This document shows positions 53,897-64,000 of a stretch of DNA of 64,000 nt, piece after piece. The position numbers and the translations under genes are program-made. Under the pieces are notes generated by a model, which saw only the letters and a program-made list of their open reading frames with translations, ran no database searches and was not told the origin of the DNA. Source of the stretch: Felis catus (Eukaryota). The first letter of the stretch is position 1. Every line of letters starts with the position of its first letter. The stretch spans positions 13,888,001-13,952,000 of the forward strand of contig NC_058370.1 of assembly GCF_018350175.1 (NCBI RefSeq), read 5' to 3'.

Positions 53897-54260
53897 CGAG
53901 TGGGGGAGGGACTGAGAGAGAGGGAGACACAGAATTGGAAGCAGGCTCCAGGCTCTGAGCTGTCAGCACAGAGTGCGATGCGGGGCTCGAACTCACAAAC
54001 TGTGAGATCATGACCTGAGCTGAAGTCGGACGCTCAACCGACTGAGCCACCCAGGTGCCCCTATTATTTTTTTAGTATGTATTTATAAGTGTTTATTTAT
54101 TTTTGAGAGAGTGTGAGCGGGGGAGTGGCAGAGAGAGAGAGAGAGAGAGAGAGAATATCCCAGGCAGACACAGGACTGGATCTCATGAACTGTGAGATCA
54201 TGACCTGAGCCAAACTCAAGAGTCGGACCGTTAACTGACTTAGCCACCCATGCGCCCCTT
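53820..54260 (-). mobile_element. Two tandem antisense SINEs, the first containing (CA)n
   Basis: SINEC consensus. Confidence 0.9.
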
Positions 54261-54384
54261 AAAGTCCTTTTTTCTAAAATATGATCCTGTTGCCAGTATG
54301 TGCTTGGATCATTTGGGGATTATGAGTTAGGCAGCCAGTGAGTACTATGTGTAGAGAAGGTGATTCCCCAAATCGTTTTAATCT

Positions 54385-54680
54385 CACCAGTTGTCCCCTT
54401 TTCTGTAAGGAGCCAGATAGTAAATATTTTAGGCTTTGTGGCTCTTTGTCCCTCACAACTATACAGATATTCAGCACTGTTGTATTAATGAAATAGCCAT
54501 AGGCAATATGTGACTGTGACCCTGAAATTTGAATTTCATGTGATTTGTGTGTTTCATGAACTCTAGTAACCCTTCAGGATTTTTCCACCATTTGCAAATG
54601 GCAAGTAACCCTTGTAGGCAATATGAGAGTAGGTGGTACGCTAGATTTGGCCCATGGGTCCTTTTGCTAACCTCTGTTAC
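54385..54680. mobile_element. MER58B-like MITE
   Basis: ttttctgtaaggagccagatagtaaatattttaggctttgtgg...gatttggcccatggg. Confidence 0.75.
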
Positions 54681-56099
54681 AGACCTAGTTAGAAGAAACT
54701 CTTGAGTCCGTTTCCCCATTTTACAGGGGGCAAAATTGAGGTCTCTGTGGAGAGCGGAGGGAGGCGCCTGTGCCCACAGCTAGATCCTGATTCTACATCC
54801 ATTTTCTTTTCATTGCACCCTACTGCCCTCTGCTGTCAGCAGCGACAATAGCGTTTGGTACAAGGAGAAGTGGAATATTTACTGAAATGCCCCACAGGGA
54901 GGGTATCATTGAGATGAGATTTTGATTTATCCAAAATAGTGTTCAAAAAAAAAAAAAGATCGTCATAGGATAGAAAAGTCGTATTAGTTTTAGCAAAAAA
55001 AATTTTGTAGCCAGCAACATACTGAAATAAGTTATTAACTAAAACTTTTATGAGAGTTTAGAAACCTTCCTTTTGTTTCGCGGGCGTGTGGAGGAACTCA
55101 GTCAGGTGTCTGTAATCTATAGAACTTGATTTAGTTTTCTCAGGAGTACTTTGCTCAACCAGAAGCCTTTTGCCCATGGTGTCCTGGTTATGGATCAAAG
55201 CGGTTTATATTCTCAGTGATTGTCCTGCTTCTCCCTTGATCTAGACGTCCTGGCCTAAATCAATGCCTTTGGCAATATTTGCTTGCAGGACCTCGACTTC
55301 AGCCATGAATATGTATTCGGCTACGAGTTATAGCTCCAGGGGTTGTCAGCACCCTCTGAACGAACAGTCCTTTGGTCTTGTAGCTGCACTAGGGGTTACT
55401 GTTTAGGGAGAAGGGAAAACGTCTTTGGATACTCCTTTTGTCATAACAGTACATCCTTGTCATACAATACTTGTTATTTATAAAACTAAAGTCACACATC
55501 ATTCCACCTCCCGGTCAGCCCTTGGATACTTGTTTCCAGGACTTTAATTTTTTTTTCTTCTTGGTGCAAAAAAGATGATTTTATTAAAGCATGGGGACAG
55601 GACGCGCGGGCAGGAAGAGCTGCTTTCCAGGACTTTTTTCTATGTTGGTTTAGGAGTCATACTATTCAGTTGAAAACAGATATTTCTAGGGATCAGGCAG
55701 GTATGGAGACGAGCAAGACTGAGAAGTGTGGTCACTGGGCTGAACAACACAGAGCAGAAATAATAACACTCTTCCTGATGACACACGGGTGGGTGCTTGT
55801 ATGTACCTCCCCCAGCAGTCCTTACTCTTCTGATGCGAACTCCTTACACCCCACTAACAGACCACCACCTGACCTGTCAGAATGCTCTTGAGGAATGCCT
55901 TTCCTGAAGGGCCCTGGGGGCCTTCCTGCTGGTTCTTGCCAAGTGGGAATGTGGGCTCTGTTGTCTTACTCTCATGGTTCAAGAGAAGCCTCAGATACTT
56001 TTTTAAATGTGGACTGCCCCAACTTTTACATATTGGCTCGTTTGCAGTATCTGTTGTAGACAGTTTTGAGATTTTTTTCTTTCTTTTTCTCCTTCTTCT

Positions 56100-57103
56100 T
56101 CTTTTTTAATGTTTTATTTAAAAAAAAATTTCTTTTTTTTTAACGTTTATTTTTGAGACAGAGACAGAGCATGAACGGGGGAGGGTCAGGGAGAGAGAGA
56201 GACACAGAATCCGAAACAGGGTCCTGAGCGGTCAGCACAGAGCCTGACGTGGGGCTCGAACCCACGGACTGTGAGATCATGACCTGAGCCGAAGTCGGGC
56301 GCTCAACCGACTGAGCCACCCAGGCGTCCCATGTTTTGTTTATTTTTGAGAGAGCACGAGCAGGGGAGCGGCGGAGAGAGAGGAGACAGAGGATCCGAAG
56401 CAGGCTCTGTGCCGACAGCAGCGAGCCCGATGTGGGCTTGGACTCACGGACCATGAGATCATGACCTGAGCTGAAGTCAGATGCTCAACTGACTGAGCCA
56501 TCTGGGCGCCCCCCCCACTTTTTTTTTTTTTTTAATTTTTTTTTTCAATGTTTATTTATTTTTGGGACAGAGAGAGACAGAGCATGAACGGGCGAGGGGC
56601 AGAGAGAGAGGGAGACACAGAATCGGAAGCAGGCTCTAGGCTCTGAGCCGTCAGCCCAGAGCCTGACGCGGGGCTCGAACTCACGGACCGCGAGATTGTG
56701 ACCTGGCTGAAGTCGGATGCTTAACCGACTGCGCCACCCAGGCGCCCCATCCCCCCCACTTTTTAAGTCAGCTCTGCGCCCACTGTGGGCCTTGAACCTA
56801 CAACCCCAAGATCAAGCGTCTCATGTTCCACCGATAGCACCATCTGGGCACCTGAGGTTTTGTTTTTTGTTTTTTGTTTTTTTTTTTTTTAAATTTTTTT
56901 TTCAACATTTTTTATTTATTTTTGAGACAGAGAGAGACAGAGCATGAACGGGGGAGGGGCAGAGAGAGACACAGAATCGGAAACAGGCTCCAGGCTCCGA
57001 GCCATCAGCCCAGAGCCGGACGTGGGGCTCGAACCCACGGACCGCGAGATATTGACCTGGCTGAAGTCGGACGCTTAACCGACTGCGCCACCCAGGCGCC
57101 CCT
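56100..57103 (-). mobile_element. Cluster of five antisense SINEs, nested/tandem
   Basis: Heads end at ~56330, 56512, 56748, 56853 and 57102; ccccccacttttt duplicated around the 56520-56748 copy. Confidence 0.9.
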
Positions 57104-58099
57104 TTTGTTTTTTTTTTTTTAAGCTTAACCTTGTGTTCTGAATATTTTTCATGTCACATAGTCCTTCAAAATAGGAGTTTCTGTCCTGTCGTAGACTGTC
57201 CAGTGATGCTCTGCTGTGTGGCTCATCTGTGCAAGCCGCCAAGAGTTGTGCAAGCTACTGCCCTTTGAAGATGGAGGTTGTTTCCGAAGCTTTATAAGTA
57301 GAGGAAGTTTGGCGCTGAATCACTAGCTCCTCTGCCTCTGCCCCTCCAGAGTGCCGGGGTGCGTGGGAGGGAAGGGGCATTTTTTGCTAATTTAATTCTA
57401 AGACTCCTGTTTCATGGAGTCAGAATAGCACTTAGCACAGGCCAGGATCCTATAAACGTAGATAATAAATGATGGGGTTTGGTCCGCACTCGTGAATTGT
57501 ACATCAAAGTATAAAATCTGATTCAATTATTTGTGACTTCAAAGGCGATTAGTTCTTCCTTTGAGCAAGATTTACGGCTTTACAAAAGGATTTGCATCCG
57601 TGTCAAAGCTTAATCGAAACGAGTGTTTCCAAATGTCTTTTTGCTTTTGAAAATGTCGAGCATGATTTAAAATCGAGTTTCTCGATCTCTGCCCTGCTGG
57701 CTTGGGCTGGACGACGGTCTGCTTGGGCCTCCCTGTGCACTCACTTCAGGGTTTATAGCATCACTCCCGCCTCCACTCGCTTCATGCCCGTAGCACGCCC
57801 CTGCCCACAGTGAGGGCAGCTGAAAGTGTCTTCAGGCACCGCCACGTTGCCCCTGGGGGCCTAGGTGCCCCTCCAGTTTCTGTTGAGAACCCTGATGTTG
57901 ACGTGCCGTGCTTTGGACTTCTAGCACTGAGAGCAAAGTTCTGATGCTTCATGTTCAGGTTTGAAGCTCTTCAATATACTACATCGCATTTTGTGTCCTT
58001 TTTTTCCCTGAATGTAAACTGTGGCTTTCAAATTTTAATATTGTGTAATGAATAGCACATAATCATACCCCGAGAGGTAACAAGGGTTACGAATTGGGT

Positions 58100-58403
58100 G
58101 TTCCTGGGTGCCTGGGGGGCTCAGTCGGTCAAGCGTCTGACTTCGGCTCAGGTCATGATTTTGTGGCTCGTGAGTTTGAGCCCCGCATTGGGCTCTGTGC
58201 TGACAGCTCGGGGCCTGGAGCCTGTTTCAGATTCTCTGTCTCCCTCTCTCTCTTCTGCCCATCCCCTGTTCATGGTCACTTGCTCGCTCTCTGTCTCTCT
58301 CAAAAAAAGAAAAAAAAACAACCCACAGACCAATTGGGTGTTCCTTCAGGTTTTTTTAAACTTTTAGTTTTTTAACATTTATTTATTTATTTTGAGAGAG
58401 AGG

Positions 58404-58452
<49 letters not shown>

Positions 58453-58825
58453 CGCGCACGCGCATACGTGCATGCACACGTGAGCAGGGGAGAGAGGCAA
58501 ATGGAGAAAGAGAAGAATCTTCAGCAGGCTCCATGGTCAGTGTGGAGCCAGACATGGGGTTCGATCCCATGACCCTGGGATCATGATGTGAGCCAAAATC
58601 AGGAGTCTGACACTCAACCCACTGAGCCACCCATGTGCCCCCTCCTTTTTTTTCAATTTTAGAGAGAGAGAGAGAGAGAGAGTGTGTGTGTGTGTGTGCG
58701 CAGGGGAGGGGCAGAGAGAGGCGGAGAGACAGAATCCCAAGCAGTCTCCACGCTCAGTGAGGAATCCTGTGTCAGGGCTCGAACCCACGAACCTGGGACC
58801 ATGACTTGAATTCAAGTCAAGGTTT
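58100..58825. mobile_element. Sense SINE (58100-58330; aattgggtgttcct duplicated) followed by two antisense SINEs
   Basis: SINEC consensus; direct repeat at ~58092 and ~58332. Confidence 0.88.
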
Positions 58826-59099
58826 TTAAATGTATAAATCCCATTGATAATTGCCATCGTAATGTTCTGTGGTCGAGTGGATCACACTAAGCCTTCTCCT
58901 TTCGAGGGAAGATTCTTTCCTTGACACCTTTCTGCTTGTCCATATAGTTGTAGTTGTCAGTCAGTAGGGTGTAAGCAGCACGTGCAGACGACAGATATGA
59001 TTGGGGGCATGTGAACGAAGGCATTTGGGAAACATCTCTTAGGGGAAGAAATTTGGTTTTATGAAGTCGTGTGAAGGGGTAGGTTTTGAACAGATACAT

Positions 59100-59608
59100 T
59101 GATTTGTTTTCTTTTTTTTTAAAATTTTTTTTTTAACGTTTATTTATTTTTGAGACAGAGAGAGACAGAGTATGAACAGGGGAGGGTCAGAGGGAGAGGG
59201 AGACACACACAGGATGTGAAATGGGCTCCAGGCTCTGAGCTGTCAGCACAGAGCCCGACGTGGGGCTTGAACTCACAGACCATGAGATCATGACCTGAGC
59301 CGAAGTCAGCCACTCAACCGACTGAGCCACCCAGGCGCCCCTGATTTGTTTTCTTTTTTTTTTTCTTTTAAAAAAAATTTTTTTTTCAACGTTTTTTATT
59401 TATTTTTGGGACAGAGAGAGACAGAGCATGAACGGGGGAGGGGCAGAGAGAGAGGGAGACACAGAATCGGAAACAGGCTCCAGGCTCCTAGCCATCAGCC
59501 CAGAGCCTGGGCGGGGCTCGAACTCACGGACCGCGAGATCGTGACCTGGCTGAAGTCGGACGCTTAACCAACTGTGCCACCCAGGCGCCCCATCTGATTT
59601 GTTTTCTT
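59100..59608 (-). mobile_element. Two tandem antisense SINEs sharing a triplicated target site
   Basis: tgatttgttttctt at 59100, 59342 and 59595. Confidence 0.92.
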
Positions 59609-61649
59609 AATGCACATTTTATGTATGGACATCTCTGCTAGCTTTCTAATTCCCAAAATTGTGGGTGTTTTTGGCTAGCCTGCTGTTTCACATTTTTGTC
59701 CCGGTGGCCATATACAAAGCCAGAGTTCATGTTTTCGAGAACATATCCATTGAAACTCACTGGAGTCTGAGAATTCCAAAATCCCCGCCCCCTTCATTTA
59801 CATTTATCTGTATTAAGAAATATATTTTTACACCTGTTTTAAAGATTTTTCCCCCACAACAGAAACCACAGTAGAGGTAGTTTTAAACGGGCAAGATGAC
59901 CCATCATCTAAGTAACTCTAGTTGACTTTTTTTTTTTTTTTTTTAACATTGGTGAGCCTACATGGTTAAAATTAACATAAAACACAACCTAGCAGTATTA
60001 AAGCAGTGTAAACGGGTGTAAAAAAGGTCGTTTGTTCCCGAAACTTTCTCCTCGTTAAGCCTCTCTTATACTCTGGAGTATGCTACTACCAAAAATATGT
60101 ATACACTCATTTGAAGCTATGCGTGTGTTTTCGATAAACATTTACACATATTGTGGGCACTTCTGTACGCACTTGATTTTTACCTCTCTCTTTCCCACAC
60201 ACATACCTGCGGGGAGCAGTCCTTGTTAGATTGTGCAGATCCGTGTCATTCTTTTTTAGGGGTGTATGGTATTAATTGATTCACTTATCTAGTCTTCAGT
60301 TAACAGACATTTATACTCCATCTCCTTTTTGCTGTCATAAATACTGTTGCAGTGAACCTTCTGGTGTGCATACTGTGTCTGGGACACATGACACGTATAT
60401 CTAGGGGGTGAACTCAGCGTTGGACCTTACCGTCCGTGTGATTTATAAATTTAATTTTGGGTAATTTCAGCATCACCTAATTGCTGTGCTAAAAAGGTTT
60501 TACGATTCCAGTGAGTATTCCCCTTCCCTCAACACTAGGTGTTATTTTTTGAAACAAGGTAATCACGTATGCGGAAAAGATGTAGGGTGGAGATAAATGT
60601 ATCCACGTCTATCTTTATCCATCTGTATCTGTATCTGTATCTGTCACATGTTTATTGACCATTTGTACCCGCCCCCCCCCCCAATGCTCATTTATGTGTT
60701 TCGTTTGGATTGTTAATCATTCTTTTAGCATACCTTGTTTTTAGTAGCTGCATAATATCGAGAGTATTTAAACAGAAACGGCTGTGTTTTTATGAAGAAG
60801 GTTTTCTTTGGTTGCTCTTATTGTTTCTTTATTGCTTATCCTGACCTCTGTGGTGAGAAGAGAAATGGAATCCTCATTCTTCAGTTAATGATCTGATGTA
60901 TTTGCTCATCCTGTAAATTTCTCGGACACCGGGCCGTGTCCCAGGTGCCTGGCAGGGACCCTGCTGTCCTGGAGCTGACGTGCTCACGGCAAAGGGGAGA
61001 TGGTAAAAAGAGGCACTTGGCCCCCTTGGGTGAGGCCAGCAGGGGAAGGGCTTTGAGGGTGGTGTTGGAGGGTTACCAGCCAGTATGATCGGGGTGGGGG
61101 TGGGGGCCTATCCTGGGGAATTCTTGGAGTGTCAAGGCTTGCGTTAGGAGCAGATGTGACCTTAGAGGAACAGCACAAAGGTCGTGTGGCTGGAGATTCC
61201 TGAATGAGGAAAGGAAAGGGTCGCATGTGCGGTTGGATTTTATTCTGGGGGATAGGACACCTCTAGGATAGTTTTATGTATGTATGTATGTATGTATTTA
61301 TTTATTTTTAAGGTTTTAATTTTAAGTATCTACACCCAAATGTGGGGGCTTGAGCTTACAAGCCTGATATCAAGAGGCATGTGATCTACTGAGTGAGCCA
61401 GCCAGATACCCTGCCTCTGGATGGTTTTAGATGGAGCCGTGGTTTGTGTACCTGGCTGCGGTGTGGAGGGTGCCCCGGGATAGGGGTGCTGTGGCAGGAG
61501 GTGGGGGGCCCATGGGAGCTCTTACAGGCTCTTGGTGGGAAATGATAGGCACGGGCAGTATTTATCAGCCATTTTTTCTTTCTCATCCCATAAGGAGCCA
61601 TTTTAGACATTCCCTAATCAACCCCACCCCCCCAACAGTCTCCTGTGAA

Positions 61650-62105
61650 TTTTTTCCTTAATGGAGATGAAATTCACATGACCTAAAATTAACCATTTGA
61701 AAGCAAACATCTCCATTACTCCAAAATAAAACCCCGTGAAGTAATTAAGCACTCCCCTACTCCCTGGCCACCGACCCCTCGTGACCGTCAGTCTGCACAC
61801 GACTTGTATGGATTTGCCTGCTCTGGGTATTACATTTAAGCCAAATCATACAAAATGTGGCTTTCATGTCGGCTCCTTTCACAGAGCGTATGTTTTCAGT
61901 GAATGATGCAGCATGCATCAGACCTTCATTCCTTTTTATGGCTCAGTAAACGTTCCACCGAGGACTCCAGAGTTTGTCTGTCCGTCGGTGGACATTCAGA
62001 TTGTTTCCACCTTTGAACCCTGGTGAATAGTGCTGCGATGAACGTTGGTGTAGCAAGATTTGAGTACCGCTTTTCAGTTCTTTTGGGTTTATACCTAGGA
62101 AGGGA
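61650..62105 (-). mobile_element. Old L1 3' fragment, antisense
   Basis: gagatgaaattcacatgacctaaaattaaccattt...tttgggtttatacctagga. Confidence 0.75.
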
Positions 62106-62934
62106 CCCGCATGAAATTTCAAAGTACTGTATTTCTTTTTATGTACTGCATGTGTCTGTGTTTTATACATAAAAAGAGTAAGAGAGTTTTTCACCCCCCT
62201 GTTCTCCAGAACTGCCTTTGAGAATGTGTGCATTAGGCTGATAGCAGCCGGGATGGAGACCAGGGGGAGCTTGGGGGTGTATTTTGGAAGTGGTGTGCAG
62301 GGAGGGCCCTGGCTGAAGAGTGGGGTAAATTGGGGCAGGAGAACAAGGGAGGAATTAGGGCAGTTTAGACATGTTTGGCCTTGAACATCTAGGTGAGTGG
62401 TCATAGCGTTAACTGATATGGGGAGGTCGAGGCAGGTACATAGTGTTTCACAAATTGGGGAGGGGGGGACGTGTGGCACTCTGGGGTGGACAGGGGCCGG
62501 CGTGTTCCCCAAGGAGAGTTCTGCGTGTTGGAACCCAGGGTTGCTAGGTGACCCCATGCTGTCCCTTCCCTGATTACAGGAAGCATTTTAGTCCCAGATG
62601 TCCGTGAGGGGGTTCCTGCCCTTTGCTGGCTGCATGGAGAGTGAACCAGACTCCATGGGGAGCCAGTGTTCTCCAAACACCTTTATTCTTGCCATATCCA
62701 GGTGCTATGTTTAAATTAAAAGATTTAGAACATAGTTCTTAAACCTTCAATAATTACGTTTTATTAACAGAGGAAACTTTATGTGCTTGTGAAATTAAAG
62801 ACTTGTTTTTCCCGTTATGTTTTAACTACAGAATTGCAAAAATAACGACTTTGCCTGTGTTCTTGCTAAGTTTCCCTGTAGGGACCACAAGGGGGCAGGG
62901 CTCTGTGGGACTGCCTGCTGGCTTCCCTTTCCTC

Positions 62935-63153
62935 CTTTTTTTTTTTTAAATTTAAAATACTGATTTGATAGAGGGCAGGTGCGAGCGAGCCTGCATGAGC
63001 AGGTGAGGGACCGGGAGAAAGAGAAAATCCCAAGCAGGCTCTGCACTGTCAGCACAGAGCCTGATGCGAAGCTCTAACTCACGACCCTCGAGATCACGAC
63101 CTGACCTGGAATCAGGAGTTGGACGCTTAACCAGTTGAGCCCCCCAGGCGCCC
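62935..63153 (-). mobile_element. Older antisense carnivore SINE
   Basis: SINEC consensus. Confidence 0.85.
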
Positions 63154-63519
63154 ATCCTTCCTTCCTTTTTTAACATGAGCTGTTATGAAGCAGGGAAATG
63201 CGGACCCAAGTTTTTACTTCCGCCTACCCTTTTGGGTCAGACTTGACAAAGTTCCTCGCAGTCTACGCAGTACCTTGACTGGTGTAAGACCCTTCCTGCT
63301 ACCCCTGTTTGCTGGTTCACGTGAGAGAATACAGTCAGAGCGGCACTGGTCTTTAGTCCTCGCAGAGAATATATGACACTGATGTTTTCAGCCCCTGCAA
63401 ATCTCTTTTGGAAGGAAGCAGATAGAATACGAGTGAACGAAAAATAAAATCCGAATACTAAAGATTTTATTGGTAATACTTAAATCTTTGGAAATGCCTT
63501 TATCTTTGATGATTCTTAT

Positions 63520-63561
<42 letters not shown>

Positions 63562-63562
63562 C
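63520..63562. repeat. (TG)n(CG)n microsatellite
   Basis: Seen directly. Confidence 0.9.
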
Positions 63563-64000
63563 CAAGCACTCTAATTCTGCTGGTTGTTATGGTACCTGGT
63601 TACAGGAACAGTGGTAGTGACAGTAAATTGAAGCTCTCATTTGAGAGAGTGTTGTGTGCCCGGGGCCGGGCATTTGTTCATCCTTACAGTGAAACTAATT
63701 TAATTAGTATTAAAAAAAACCCACCACCAACAAAACTTGATTCTCAAAATAATGTGGAGCATCGATGGAGCATTTGCTAAGCACCACTTGACGTGGATTA
63801 GCTCATCTCCTTGCCAGCTCCCCATCTTGTCTGCAGATGAGGTTCCCCACAGGCACACCTGTTTCATCCCTTTGTGAATTGATCCACCTCTGCTCTATAG
63901 GTGTTTGGAACCAAAGATTATTTGTCTTGGTGGTGGGGCAGGGGCGAGCAGCATGCTTGGTCTACACCTGTTAGATATTGGTAGCACCCTCCCCTGCCCT

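Overview
Mammalian (felid) genomic DNA lying entirely inside the ZMYND8 (PRKCBP1/RACK7) chromatin-reader gene on the + strand. Eight coding exons are readable with canonical AG/GT boundaries and a continuous frame: 22295-22443, 33179-33292, 36737-36829, 38002-38089, 40539-40594, 45099-45176, 46206-46321 and 52381-52862. They encode the N-terminal basic/NLS segment, the bromodomain, the Cys-rich linker and the PWWP domain with its following Ser-rich region. The PHD-finger exon expected between 22443 and 33179 is not readable and most likely lies in the 267-nt N-run at 30064-30330. The first two canonical exons and the C-terminal exons (including MYND) are outside the window. Introns are full of carnivore tRNA-derived SINEs of the feline SINEC_Fc type (about 48 by eye, about 40 antisense to the gene), plus MIR/L2/L1 fragments, hAT-Charlie MITEs and old LTRs. 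I found no evidence of a novel multi-gene system. The best leads are the hidden PHD exon, a candidate in-frame alternative first/cassette exon in a CpG-rich block at 13.6-14.7 kb, splice-regulatory repeats next to exons with weak donors, and nested or inverted SINE structures. Exon numbering and human comparisons are from memory of the human protein, not from a search.
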